From positions 136,214,001 to 136,278,000 of the forward strand of contig OZ024744.1 in the NCBI GenBank assembly GCA_964016885.1: DNA of 64,000 nucleotides, read 5' to 3'. The DNA comes from Eledone cirrhosa. Taxonomy: Eukaryota. Position numbers and translations under genes: made by a program. Positions 14,501 through 27,591 of this stretch are shown piece by piece (position 1 is the stretch's first letter; each line of letters opens with the position of its first letter). The notes below the pieces were generated by a model. The model searched no databases, was not told the origin of the DNA, and saw nothing but the letters and a program-made list of their open reading frames with translations.

Positions 14501-17500
14501 ATATAATACACCCAGTACACTCTGTAAAGGGATAGTGTTGGTGTCATGATATAATACACCCTGTACACTCTGTAAAGTGTTAGTGTTAGTGTCATGATAT
14601 AATACACCCAGTCCACTCTGTAAAGTGGTAGTGTTGGTGTCATGATAAAATACACCCAGTACACTCTGTAATGTGGGTAGTGTTGTTGTCATGATATAAT
14701 ACACCCAGTACACTCTGTAAAGTGGTAGTGTTGGTGTCATGATATAATACACCCAGTACACTCTGTAAAGTGGTAGTGTTGGTGTCATGATATAATACAC
14801 CCAGTACACTCTGTAAAGTGGTAGTGTTTTGTCACAATAAAATACACCCAGTACACTCTGTAAAGTGGTAGTGTTGGTATAATGATATAATACACCCAGT
14901 ACACTCTGTAATGTGGTAGAGTTGGTGTCATGATATAATACACCCAGTACACTCTGTAAAGTGGTAGTGTTGGTGTCATGATATAATACACCCAGTACAC
15001 TCTGTAATGTGGCAGTGTTAGTGTCATGATATAATACACCCAGTCCACTCTGTAAAGTGGTAGTGTTGGTGTCATGATAAAATACACCCAGTACACTCTG
15101 TAATGTGGTAGTGCTGGTGTCATGATATGATACACCCTGTACACTCTGTAAAGTGGTAGTGTTGGTGTCATGATATAATACACCCAGTACACTCTGTAAA
15201 GTGGTAGTGTTGGTGTCATGATATAATACACCCAGTACACTCTGTAAAGTGGTAGTGTTGGTGTCATGATATAATATACCCAGTACACTCTGTAAAGTGG
15301 TAGTGTTGGTATCATGATATAATACACCCAGTACACTCTGTAAAGTGGAAGTGTTGGTGTCATGATACAATACACCCAGTACACTCTGTAAAGTGGTAGT
15401 GTTGGTGTCATGATAAAATACACCCTGTACACTCTGTAATGTGGCAGTGTTGGTGTCATGATATAATACACCCAGTACACTCTGTAATGTGGCAGTGTTG
15501 GTGTCATGATATAATACACCCAGTCCACTCTGTAAAGTGGTAGTGTTGGTGTCATGATAAAATACACCCAATACACTCTGTAATGTGGCAGTGTTGGTGT
15601 CATGATATAATACACCAAGTACACTCTGTAAAGTGGTGGTGTTGGTGTCATGATATAATACACCCAGTACACTCTGTAAAGTGGTAGTGTTGGTGTCATG
15701 ATATAATACACCCAGTACACTCTGTAAAGTGGTAGTGTTGGTGTCATGATATGATACACCCTGTAGATGCTGTAAAGTGGTAGTGTTGGTGTCATGATAT
15801 AATACACCCAGTACACTCTGTAAAGTGGTAGAGTTGGTGTCATGATATAATACACACAGTACACTCTGTAAAGTGGTAGATTTGGTGTCATGATATAATA
15901 CACCCAGTACACTCTGTAAAGGGATAGTGTTGGTGTCATGATATAATACACCCAGTACACTCTGTAATGTGGCAGTGTTGGTGTCATGATAAAATACACC
16001 CAGTACACTCTGTAATGTGGCAGTGTTGGTGTCATGATATAATACACCCTGTACACTCTGTAAAGTGGTAGTGTTGGTGTCATGATATAATACACACAGT
16101 ACACTCTGTAAAGTGGTAGATTTGGTGTCATGATATAATACACCCAGTACACTCTGTAAAGAGATAGTGTTGGTGTCATGATATAATACACCCTGTACAC
16201 TCTGTAAAGTGTTAGTGTTAGTGTCATGATATAATACACCCAGTACACTCTGTAATGTGGGTAGTGTTGTTGTCATGATATAATACACCCAGTACACTCT
16301 GTAAAGTGGTAGTGTTGGTGTCATGATATAATACACCAAGTACACTCTGTAAAATGGTAGTGTTGGTGTCATGATAAAATACACCCAGTACACTCTGTAA
16401 AGTGGTAGTGTTGGTGTCATGATATAATACACCAAGTACACTCTGTAAAATGGTAGTGTTGGTGTCATGATATAATACACCCTGTACACTCTGTAAAGTG
16501 GTAGTGTTGGTATCATGATATAATACACCCAGTACACTCTGTAAAGTGGTAGTGTCATGATATAATACACCCAGTACACTCTGAACTGTGGTAGTGTTGG
16601 TGCCATGATATAATACACCCAGTACACTCTGTAAAGTGGTAGTGTTGGTGTCATGATATAATACACCCAGTACACTCTGTAAAGTGGCAGTGTTGGTGTC
16701 ATGATAAAATACACCCAGTACACTCTGTAATGTGGCAGTGTTGGTGTCATGATAAAATACACCCAGTACACTCTGTAATGTGGCAGTGTTGGTGACATGA
16801 TATAATACACCCTGTACACTCTGTAAAGTGGTAGTGTTGGTATCATGATATAATACACCCAGTACACTCTGTAAAGTGGCAGTGTTGGTGTCATGATAAA
16901 ATACACCCAGTACACTCTGTAAAGTGGCAGTGTTGGTGTCATGATATAATACACCCAGTACACTCTGTAAAGTGGTAGATTTGGTGTCATGATATAATAC
17001 ACCCAGTACACTCTGTAAAGGGATAGTGTTGGTGTCATGATATAATACACCCTGTACACTCTGTAAAGTGTTAGTGTTAGTGTCATGATATAATACACCC
17101 AGTACACTCTGTAATGTGGGTAGTGTTGTTGTCATGATATAATACACCCAGTACACTCTGTAAAGTGGTAGTGTTGGTGTCATGATATAATACACCCAGT
17201 ATACTCTGTAAAGTGGTAGTGTTTCGTCACAATAAAATACACCCAGTACACTCTGTAATGTGGTAGTGTTGGTATAATGATATAATACACCCAGTACACT
17301 CTGTAATGTGGTAGTGTTAGTGTCATGATATAATACACCCAGTACACTCTGTAAAGTGGTAGTGTTGGTGTCATGATATAAAACACCCAGTACACTCTGT
17401 AAAGTGGTAGTGTTGGTGTCATGATATAATACACCCAGTACACTCTGTAAAGTGGTAGTGTTGGTGTCATGATATAATACACCCAGTACACTCTCTAAAG

Positions 17501-20500
17501 TGGTAGTGTTGGTGTCATGATATAATACACCCAGTACACTCTGTAATGTGGCAGTGTTGGTGTCATGATATAATACACCAAGTACACTCTGTAAAGTGGT
17601 AGTGTTGGTGTCATGATAAAATACACCCAGTACACTCTGTAAAGTGGTAGTGTTTTGTCACAATAAAATACACCCAGTACACTCTGTAAAGTGGTAGTGT
17701 TGGTATAATGATATAATACACCCAGTACACTCTGTAATGTGGTAGAGTTGGTGTCATGATATAATACACCCAGTACACTCTGTAACGTGGTAGTGTTGGT
17801 GTCATGATATAATACACCCACTACACTCTGTAATGTGGCAGTGTTGGTATCATGATATAATACACCCAGTACACTCTGTAAAGTGGTAGTGTTGGTGTCA
17901 TGATATGATACACCCTGTACACTCTGTAAAGTGGTAGTGTTGGTGTCATGATATAATACACCCAGTACACTCTGTAAAGTGGCAGTGTTGGTGTCATGAT
18001 AAAATACACCCAGTACACTCTGTAATGTGGCAGTGTTGGTGTCATGATATAATACACCCAGTACACTCTGTAATGTGGCAGTGTTGGTGTCATGATATAA
18101 TACACCCAGTCCACTCTGTAAAGTGGTAGTGTTGGTGTCATGATAAAATACACCCAGTACACTCTGTAAAGTGGTAGTGTTGGTATCATGATATAATACA
18201 CCCAGTACACTCTGTAATGTGGCAGTGTTGGTGTCATGATATAATACACCCAGTCCACTCTGTAAAGTGGTAGTGTTGGTGTCATGATAAAATACACCCA
18301 GTACACTCTGTAATGTGGTAGTGCTGGCATCATGATATAATACACCCAGTACACTCTGTAAAGTGGTAGTGTTGGTGTCATGATATGATACACCCTGTAG
18401 ATGCTGTAAAGTGGCAGTGTTGGTGTCATGATATAATACACCCAGTACACTCTGTAAAGTGGCAGTGTTGGTGTCATGATAAAATACACCCAGTACACTC
18501 TGTAATGTGGAAGTGTTGGTGTCATGATAAAATACACCCAGTACACTCTGTAATGTGGCAGTGTTGGTGTCATGATATAATACACCCAGTCCACTCTGTA
18601 AAGTGGTAGTGTTGGTGTCATGATAAAATACACCCAGTACACTCTGTAAAGTGGTAGTGTTGATGTCATGATAAAATACACCCAGTACACTCTGTAATGT
18701 GGTAGTGTTGGTGTCATGATATAATACACCCAGTACACTCTGTAAAGTGGTAGTGTTGGTGTCATGATATAATACACCCAGTACACTCTGTAAAGTGGTG
18801 GTGTTGGTGTCATGACATAATACACCCAGTACACTCTGTAATGTGGCAGTGTTGGTGTCATGATATAATACACCCAGTACACTCTGTAAAGTGGTAGTGT
18901 TGGTGTCATGATATAATACACCCAGTACACTCAGTAAAGTGGTAGTGTTGGTATCACGATATAATACACCCAGTACACTCTGTAAAGTGGTAGTGTTGGT
19001 GTCATGATAAAATACACCCAGTACACTCTGTAATGTGGTAGTGCTGGCATCATGATATAATACACCCAGTACACTCTGTAAAGTGGTAGTGTTGGTGTCA
19101 TGATATAATACACCCAGTACACTCAGTAAAGTGGTAGTGTTGGTATCACGATATAATACACCCAGTACACTCTGTAAAGTGGTAGTGTTGGTGTCATGAT
19201 AAAATACACCCAGTACACTCTGTAATGTGGTAGTGCTGGCATCATGATATAATACACCCAGTACACTCTGTAAAGTGGTAGTGTTGGTGTCATGATATGA
19301 TACACCCTGTAGATGCTGTAAAGTGGTAGTGTTGGTGTCATGATATAATACACCCAGTACACTCTGTAAAGTGGCAGTGTTGGTGTCATGATAAAATACA
19401 CCCAGTACACTCTGTAATGTGGCAGTGTTGGTGTCATGATAAAATACACCCAGTACACTCTGTAATGTCGCAGTGTTGGTGTCATGATATAATACACCCT
19501 GTACACTCTGTAAAGTGGTAGTGTTGGTGTCATGACATAATACACACAGTACACTCTGTAAAGTGGTAGATTTGGTGTCATGATATAATACACCCAGTAC
19601 ACTCTGTAAAGGGATAGTGTTGGTGTCATGATATAATACACCCTGTACACTCTGTAAAGTGTTAGTGTTAGTGTCATGATATAATACACCCAGTACACTC
19701 TGTAATGTGGGTAATGTTGTTATCATGATATAATACACCCAGTACACTCTGTAAAGTGGTAGTGTTGGTGTCGTGATATAATACACCCAGTACACTCTGT
19801 AAAGTGGTAGTGTTGGTGTCATGATATAATACACCCAGTACACTCTGTAAAGTGGCAGTGTTTCGTCACAATAAAATACACCCAGTACACTCTGTAAAGT
19901 GGTAGTGTTGGTGTCATGATATAATACACCCAGTACACTCTGTAAAGTGGTAGTGTTGGTGTCATGATATAATACACCAAGTACACTCTGTAAAGTGGTA
20001 GTGTTGGTGTCATGATAAAATACACCCAGTACACTCTGTAAAGTGGTAGTGTTTTGTTACAATAAAATACACCCAGTACACTCTGTAAAGTGGTAGTGTT
20101 GGTATAATGATATAATACACCCAGCACACTCTGTAATGTGGTAGAGTTGGTGTCATGATATAATACAGCCAGTACACTCTGTAAAGTGGTAGTGTTGGTG
20201 TCATGATATAATACACCCAGTACACTCTGTAAAGTGGTAGTGTTGGTGTCATGATATAATACACCCAGTACACTCTGTAAAGTGGCAGTGTTGGTGTCAG
20301 GATATAATACACCCAGTCCACTCTGTAAAGTGGTAGTGTTGGTGTCATGATATAATACACCCAGTACACTCTGTAATGAGGCACTGTTGGTGTCATGATA
20401 TAATACACCCAGTCCACTCTGTAAAGTGGTAGTGTTGGTGTCATGATATAATACACGCAGTACACTCTGTAAAGGGATAGTGTTCGTGTCATGATATAAT

Positions 20501-22145
20501 ACACCCAGTACACTCTGTAATGTGGGTAGCGTTGTTGTCATGATATAATACACCCAGTACACTCTGTAAAGTGGTAGTGTTGGTGTCATGATATAATACA
20601 CCCAGTACACTCTGTAAAGTGGCAGTGTTGGTGTCATGATAAAATACACCCAGTACACTCTGTAATGTGGCAGTGTTGGTGTCATGATAAAATACACCCA
20701 GTACACTCTGTAATGTGACAGTGTTGGTGTCATGATATAATACACCTGTACACTCTGTAAAGTGGTAGTGTTGGTGTCATGATATAATACACCCAGTACA
20801 CTCTGTAAAGTGGTAGTGTTAGTGTCATGATATAATACACCCAGTACACTCTGTAAAGTGGTAGAGTTGGTGTCATGATATAATACACCCAGTACACTCT
20901 GTAAAGGGGTAGTGTTGGTGTCATGATATAATACACCCAGTACACTCTGTAAAGTGGTAGTGTTGGTGTCATGATATAATACACCCAGTACACTCTGTAA
21001 AGCGGTAGTGTTGGTGTCATGATATAATACACCCAGTACACTCTGTAAAGTGGTAGTGTTTGTGTCATGATATAATACACCCAGTACACTCTGTAAAGTG
21101 GTAGAGTTGGTGTCATGATATAATACACCTAGTACACTCTGTAAAGTGGTAGTGTTGGTGTCATGATATAATACACCCAGTACATTCTGTAAAGTGGCAA
21201 TGTTGGTGTCATGATATAATACACCCAGTACACTCTGTAAAGCGGTAGTGTTGGTGTCATGATATAATACACCCAGTACACTCTGTAAAGTGGTAGTGTT
21301 GGTGTCATGATATAATACACCCAGTACACTCTGTAAAGTGGTTGTGTTGGTATCATGATATAATACACCCAGTACACTCTGTAAAGTAGTAGAGTTGGTG
21401 TTATGATATAATACACCCAGTACACTCTGTAAAGTGGCAGTGTTGGTGTAATGATATAATACACCCAGTACACTCTGTAAAGCGGTAGTGTTGGTGTCAT
21501 GATATAATACACCCAGTACACTCTGTAAAGTGGTACTGCTGGTGTCATGATATAATACACCCAGTACACTCTGTAAAGTGGTAGTGTTAGTGTCATGATA
21601 TAATACACCCAGTACACTCTGTAAAGTGGTAGATTTGGTGTCATGATATAATACACCCAGTACATTCTGTAATGTGGCTGTGTTGTTGTCATGATATAAT
21701 ACACCCAGTACACTCTTTAAAGTGGTAGAGTTGGTGTCATGATATAATACACCCAGTACACTCTGTAAAGTGGTAGTGTTGGTGTCATGATATAATTCAC
21801 CCAGTACACTCTGTAAAGTGGTAGTGTTGGTGTCATGATATAATACACCCAGTACACGCTGTAATGTGCTAGTGTTGGTGTCATGATATAATACACCCAG
21901 TACACTCTGTAAAGTGGTAGTGTTGGTGTCATGATATAATACACCCAGTACACGCTGTAATGTGCTAATGTTGGTGTCATGATATAATACACCCAGTACA
22001 CTCTGTAAAGTGGTAGTGTTGGTGTCATGATATAATACACCCAGTACACGCTGTAATGTGCTAGTGTTGGTGTCATGATATAATACACCCAGTACACGCT
22101 GTAATGTGCTAGTGTTGGAACTGCAATAAAATACACGCAGTACAT
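2504..22145. repeat. 48-bp satellite, main block (~410 monomers) with higher-order repeat structure
   Basis: Tandem tacacccagtacactctgtaaagtggtagtgttggtgtcatgatataa; diagnostic variant monomers recur at 3-3.8-kb and ~6.7-kb spacing. Confidence 0.98.
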
Positions 22146-24920
22146 TATCATCGTCATCAACGTTTAACGTCCGTGTTCCACGCTTGCATGGGTTTGGATG
22201 GGGGTTTTCCCACTTGAGGCAAGAGTGATTATCTTGCTCGCATAGGACTATCTGGCGGGTTTTCTACAGCTGGATGCCCTTCCTAACACCAACCACATTT
22301 ACAGTGTGGGGCTGGGAGGTTTTTACCTTGTTGCCTACACGGCCACATTACAGCGTGAACTGTGTGTTTTTTTGACGTGACACCTACACGATCTAATGTG
22401 TTTCGGCCTGGATGTTGTGGCACCAACATAACTTTACATTGAAAGGGGCGGTGTGGATGGGTTGGAGGTGGTGGGACGGGGGTGTATTTTGTTAGAGATG
22501 CCTACTGACTGTAGTAGGTTTTACTTTGTATTTAGGTAAGGCGGGTCTTCTCTATTACTGAGTACCGCCAAAGGTCTCGGTCCAGTGACATTGTCTTGGT
22601 GAGGTGTAAGTGTGTGAGGTCGGAATTTATCAGCTCGTCCCATGTTTTTCTGGGTCTGCCTATTCCGTGGCTACCGTCTATCTTTATTGCCCTGCACTTT
22701 GTTATACAGCTATCGTCCTTCATGCGCATCACGTGAACATACCAACGTAGCCTTCTCTCGAGTAAACAACATCTGATCCCTCTTATTTCTAATTTTTTCT
22801 TTAGTTCGTTTATGCTTTGCCGTTCACGTATATTACTATTACACATCCAGCGGAGCATGCAAGCTTCGTTTCTCTCTAGTCTGCGTATATCTTCTGCACA
22901 CAATGCCCAGGTCTCACTGCCATGCAACATTGCTGTTCGTATGCAGGCATCGTACAACCTGCCTTTCATTTTTAGGGAGAACCCTTTAGCGGCTAATTGT
23001 GGTATAAGCTCTCAGAACTTTTTCCATCCAGTTCTGACTCTAGCTACTGTACTTTCAGAGCACCCTCCCCCACTGCTGATTTTGTCAACCAGGTAACGGA
23101 AGCTGTCCACTATTTCTATAGAACCCTCTGCGCAGTTGAATGAGCTAGTATTTTGTGGGCACTTGCTGCTACTTATTGCACCAGAGCACCGGCCACATGT
23201 AAAATCTATATTCTTAGTTAGCTTACCTGTGATCCCACTACATCTTTTATGCACCCATACTTTGCATTTGGGACACAAAATGGAGTTTCTACCTACGCCT
23301 TTCCTATCCGGGTGACCATGGTGTGTCCCACCGTACCAGATGCCTTCAGCATCTCGGCAACTATTTCCGAAGGCCCAGCCGCCTTACCTGTCTTCATGTC
23401 TTTGATTGCCTTACTTATTATACTACCCTCGACTAACACTGCTGGTCCCTCTATTGGGTCGATGTGGGGGAGACTGTCTTTCTCCCATTTATTCTCCTCA
23501 TTGAGTAGCCTTTCATAGTGACACTTCCAAGCTACCTTCTTATCAGCGTCGGTGATGGCAAGTACGCCGTCATCATTAAGTTCACACTTCTCCCCGACAA
23601 TATCACGGTTTTCCTTGACACATTGCCTAGCAATCCTGAACACCTCACGTTTTTGGTCCTCACGTTGTAGAACATGCTTGAACTTTCTTTCCTCTGCTTC
23701 CCTTCTTGCGAAGTACACTTGCCTCCTAGCTTCCCTCCTGGCCACTTGATAGTCTTCTCTGCTTCCCCCATCCCGCCATACTTTCCAAGCCTGCTTTTTG
23801 GCCTTAATTGACCCCTCCACCTTACTGTTCCACCACCATGTTACTCTCCTCCTGCCCATAGGCCTACTCCAGCCACAGACTTCGTCTGCCGCCATCAGCA
23901 GGTTTGCTTTCAGGAATTCCCACTGCTCCTCTATATTGTACGACTCTAATTGCTCTTCCTTACTGTCGAAAGCATCAAGTAGTATACTTTTGAATTTATT
24001 TCTGGCTGTGGGGTCCTTTAACTTCCATATTTTTCTCCCGAGGATAGTCCTCTTCTGTTGTCTATTACGTCTCGTCCTGACTATTAGGTCGCTAATTATC
24101 AGTCTATGTTGGGAGGTGCATTCTTCATGGGGGAGGGATTTAGTTTTTACAACAGACACTCTGTCACGTCTTCTGGTAAGGATATAATCTACCTGGCTTG
24201 TGTGTTCCCCCAATCTATAGGTGATCAGGTGATTGTCACGTTTTTTGAAGTTAGTGTTACAGATAGTTAGGTTATTCGCGTCACAGAATTCCAGGATTCT
24301 GGAGCCTTCCTCATTTCTAGTACCAAACCCATAGCCTCCATGGATTCCGTCATAGCCGTCACAATGTTGTCCAACGTGACCATTTAGGTCGCCTGCAATA
24401 ATTATATAGTCACTGTCGGTTATTTGGGAGGTAGTGAGCATCAGTGTCTCATAGAATCTGTCTTTTATAGTGCCGGGCAGTCCGGATTGGGGTGCGTATG
24501 CAAATATTACTGTCACCGTCGTTCTACTGAGGACAAGTCTTATTTTAATTATTCTGTCATTCACTCTATTTACGTCTATTATCTTATCTGCCCACTTTTC
24601 TGCTACCATGATTCCTACTCCACCCAGCCCATCGTCGTTTCCCACCCAGAAAAGCTTATAGCATCGTTTTTTACCCACAATGAATCTAGCAGACCCACAC
24701 CTCCACCTGGTCTCTTGAATACAACAAACATCGACCTCCTTACGTTCAAGCATTTCTACAACCTCGTTAGAGCGACCCTTTAAGGTGCCTACATTCATGG
24801 TACCAACTCTGAAGTTTTGGATTGCGTTTGGAGGGTGGGAGCGGTGGGGAGCGGGGGGAGATGGGGTTATGTTAGCCATCCGCGGCCGAAACAAAGAAGA
24901 ATGCTCGCATTCTCGTCCAT
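22146..24920 (-). mobile_element. RTE LINE with both ORF ends; intact APE endonuclease, RT core deleted
   Basis: ORF 23293-24879 has APE motifs (TMNVGTL, CIQETRW, AYAPQ, AGDLNGHVG, VDYIL, SQHRL). It jumps from MVTRI straight to GRNSILCPKC, then the C-terminus (HGSETW, RLRWY, GRPRKTW) and a (GAT)n-like tail at 22146. Confidence 0.92.
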
Positions 24921-24934
24921 ATATACACATATAG

Positions 24935-25228
24935 TACACACAAGATGTTGTGGTACCAACATAACTTTACAGAGAAAGGGCTGGTGTAGATGGCAGTGGG
25001 GGAGTTGGGGTAGTGGGATGGGGGTGTATATTTGATTAAGAGGTGCCAACTGACTGTAGGTCTTGCTTTGTACTTAGGCAAGGTTTGTGTTCTGTATTAC
25101 TGCGTAGAGCCAAAGGTCTCGGTCCAGTGACATTGTCTTAGAGAGGTGTAAGTGTGTGAGGTTTTTTCTGTATCTGCCTACTCCATAACTTCCGTCCTGC
25201 AGTTTTTTTATACAGCTGTCATCTTTTA
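24935..25228 (-). mobile_element. RTE 3' fragment (C-terminus plus start of 3' UTR)
   Basis: KDDSCIKK...LTHLHLSKTMSLDRDLW; the 3' UTR matches other copies. Confidence 0.8.
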
Positions 25229-25229
25229 T

Positions 25230-25330
25230 TATATATATATATATATACATTATATACATTATATACACATTATATCTTCATAATATACATTATATATATA
25301 CATTTTATACATTATATATTCATAATATAC

Positions 25331-25367
<37 letters not shown>

Positions 25368-25465
25368 TATATATATATATATATATGTACATTATATATA
25401 TATATATATATATGTACATTATATATATATATACATTATATATATATATATATATATATACACAT

Positions 25466-25496
<31 letters not shown>

Positions 25497-25507
25497 TATA
25501 TATATAT
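25230..25507. repeat. (TA)n-rich compound microsatellite
   Basis: Direct observation. Similar tracts at 28710-28795 ((TA)n(GA)n), 36530-36600, 40850-41105 and 45545-45750. Confidence 0.95.
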
Positions 25508-25659
25508 ATCTGTTAGAACACGAAAAGTGTGAAACAACAGAATGTTCTCTTTTCGTGTTCTAACATATATGCCTAGCTTCTTCATAAATTTTTCGGGGAT
25601 AGCCGTGGTGGTGGTGATCGTATGTCATTGGCTAATTTTCAACCAATCAGAGTAAGTGT

Positions 25660-25693
<34 letters not shown>

Positions 25694-26623
25694 TATTCCC
25701 CCTCTCTCTATATATATCTTACGCTTTACACTCCTCCCCTTCAATAACACATTTCCCCCTCTCTATATATCTCTTCCACTGTTACTTACGCCTGTTTCTC
25801 TCTATCTGTTCCGTCTCTATATATCTCTCTTACTCTTTCGCTTTGCACTCCTCCCCTTCAATACCATCTCTCCCCCTCTCTATATATTTGTTACTCTATC
25901 GCTGCACGCTCCTCTCCTTCAATATATCAATTACACACGCTTTACACTCCTTTATCCCCAGCGCCCCTATATATACACCCCCCCCTCTCCCGCATCTATA
26001 TTTTAATGTACCGTTGCACCGTGAATATATGTGTCTATATATATATACATATATATTGTATATACACATTCATGTATGTGTATACACACTCATGTATGTA
26101 TATACACTGGTTTTATGTGTGTATTGTAAATTTGTACTGTTAAAACACGAAACTAACATTCGATTGACACTTTGATTACCTGTACAGGCAATAGTTATTA
26201 GAATGCTGTTGAAGTGTGTATATATTTTGGGGGGACATCCTGTATATACACACATTATATATAATACAATAAACAGATAAATACACACATATATATATGA
26301 GCTTATTTAATTATAAATATTGTGAATTTTTAACTCAGTTCAATTATATATATAAATGGTTTCTACAGGACTAGAACTGTTTCATTCGAAAGAAATCATC
26401 ATAATATTGAGAGGGGGGACTAGATAAAATATTTCAAATCAAATGTGTATAAGTTATAAGTTAAAATGTATAAATAGAGACGATAGTGGAGGTATATCTG
26501 TTTAGTGGAACAGTAGACGATAGAATTAAATACAGACGATAATCTCCCTTTAATGAAACAGCAGACGATAGAATTAAGGCAATTTAAATTTTAAGCATTT
26601 GCATTTTTGCCTTTCATCGTTAC
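25508..26623 (+). repeat. Left arm of a ~1-kb inverted duplication (cassette C)
   Basis: Reverse complement of 29190-30200 (near-identical 72-aa ORFs 26070-26288 - and 29525-29743 +); further direct copies at 45752-46540 and 46940-47630. Confidence 0.9.
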
Positions 26624-26637
26624 ACGAAAAATGCGCA

Positions 26638-27591
26638 TAGACATGAAAAATGCACAAGCTCAAAAGTGCCACAGAATGTTATAATAAACCTTCAAAAGTG
26701 TGGGACTAGAGTTGTTGCTAAAAAATATTGTAATCATTATATATCGTACATTCTGTGGCATCCTTTATAAAAATAGCTTAAACCAACGAAGCCTTTATTT
26801 TTACGTTATTTCACTTAGTTAATTCTTAGAGTGTAACATATAAAAATATGATTTACAACTATAAAATAAATTAATTAATATAATAACAGAGCTGCGGAGC
26901 TGAAATTTAGGAAATAATGGAGTATCGGATCCTGAGTTGGAGCCAGTCAATTTTTGACCGACTCCGCAGCCCTGTATAATACATTTCATATTAAAGTTAT
27001 TAATAAACCTATTTTACACTTCATGCAAATTACCACGAGATATTGATATTAGATATAAGATACAGCGCAATATCTACAGCTGTAAAAGTACGAAAGCGAA
27101 GTAATAATAAGTGGCTTAAGGTAATTCCAATATGAAAGTTTGTAGTGATAAAAATTTGATAATGCAATACGATTGTTAATATTATAGTTCTATGAAAATG
27201 TAACAATAGATAACTAAATTATTTTACTATTAGTATATTTAAGAAATTATCATTATAGATTTGATCGTTCATATAAGCATCATATTAAGTTTCAACACAA
27301 TTATTTTGTTACTATGAGTATATGATAATAATATTACGTAATTATTTATAGCTGTTATTACATTAAACATAGATGTATTTATTTTTATATGTTACACTCT
27401 AAGAATTAACTAAGTGAAATAGCGTAAAAATAAAGGCTTCGTTGGTTTAAGCTATTTTTATAAAGGATGCCACAGAATGTACGATATATAATGATTACAA
27501 TATTTTTTAGCAACAACTCTAGTCCCACACTTTTGAAGGTTTATTATAACATTCTGTGGCACTTTTGAGCTTGCGCATTTTTCATGTCTAG
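26638..27591 (+). mobile_element. ~955-bp non-autonomous DNA transposon (MITE/foldback-like) with ~210-bp TIRs, copy 1
   Basis: Ends (C)TAGACATGAAAAATG...CATTTTTCATGTCTAG; near-identical copies at 32940 and 49965. Confidence 0.85.
26887..26974. mobile_element. 88-bp hAT-like mini-element nested in the long-TIR MITE (present in all three copies)
   Basis: CAGAGCTGCGGAG...CTCCGCAGCCCTG ends; 8-bp flanks tataataa/tataatac. Confidence 0.6.

Noticed and set aside
1690-22145. CRISPR-like array
   Set aside because: No unique spacers: monomers are contiguous and near-identical, the context is eukaryotic, and no cas genes are present.
2490-22160. Very long ORFs (up to 1028 aa) on the minus strand of the satellite
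   Set aside because: They are by-products of a 48-bp monomer with two stop-free frames. The ORFs drift between both peptide repeats at 47/49-bp indel monomers, with no splice or domain context.
23798-24783. Antisense ORFs overlapping RTE copies (also 42031-42660, 52744-53559, 60605-62296)
   Set aside because: Shadow frames of the LINE ORF with no independent motifs.
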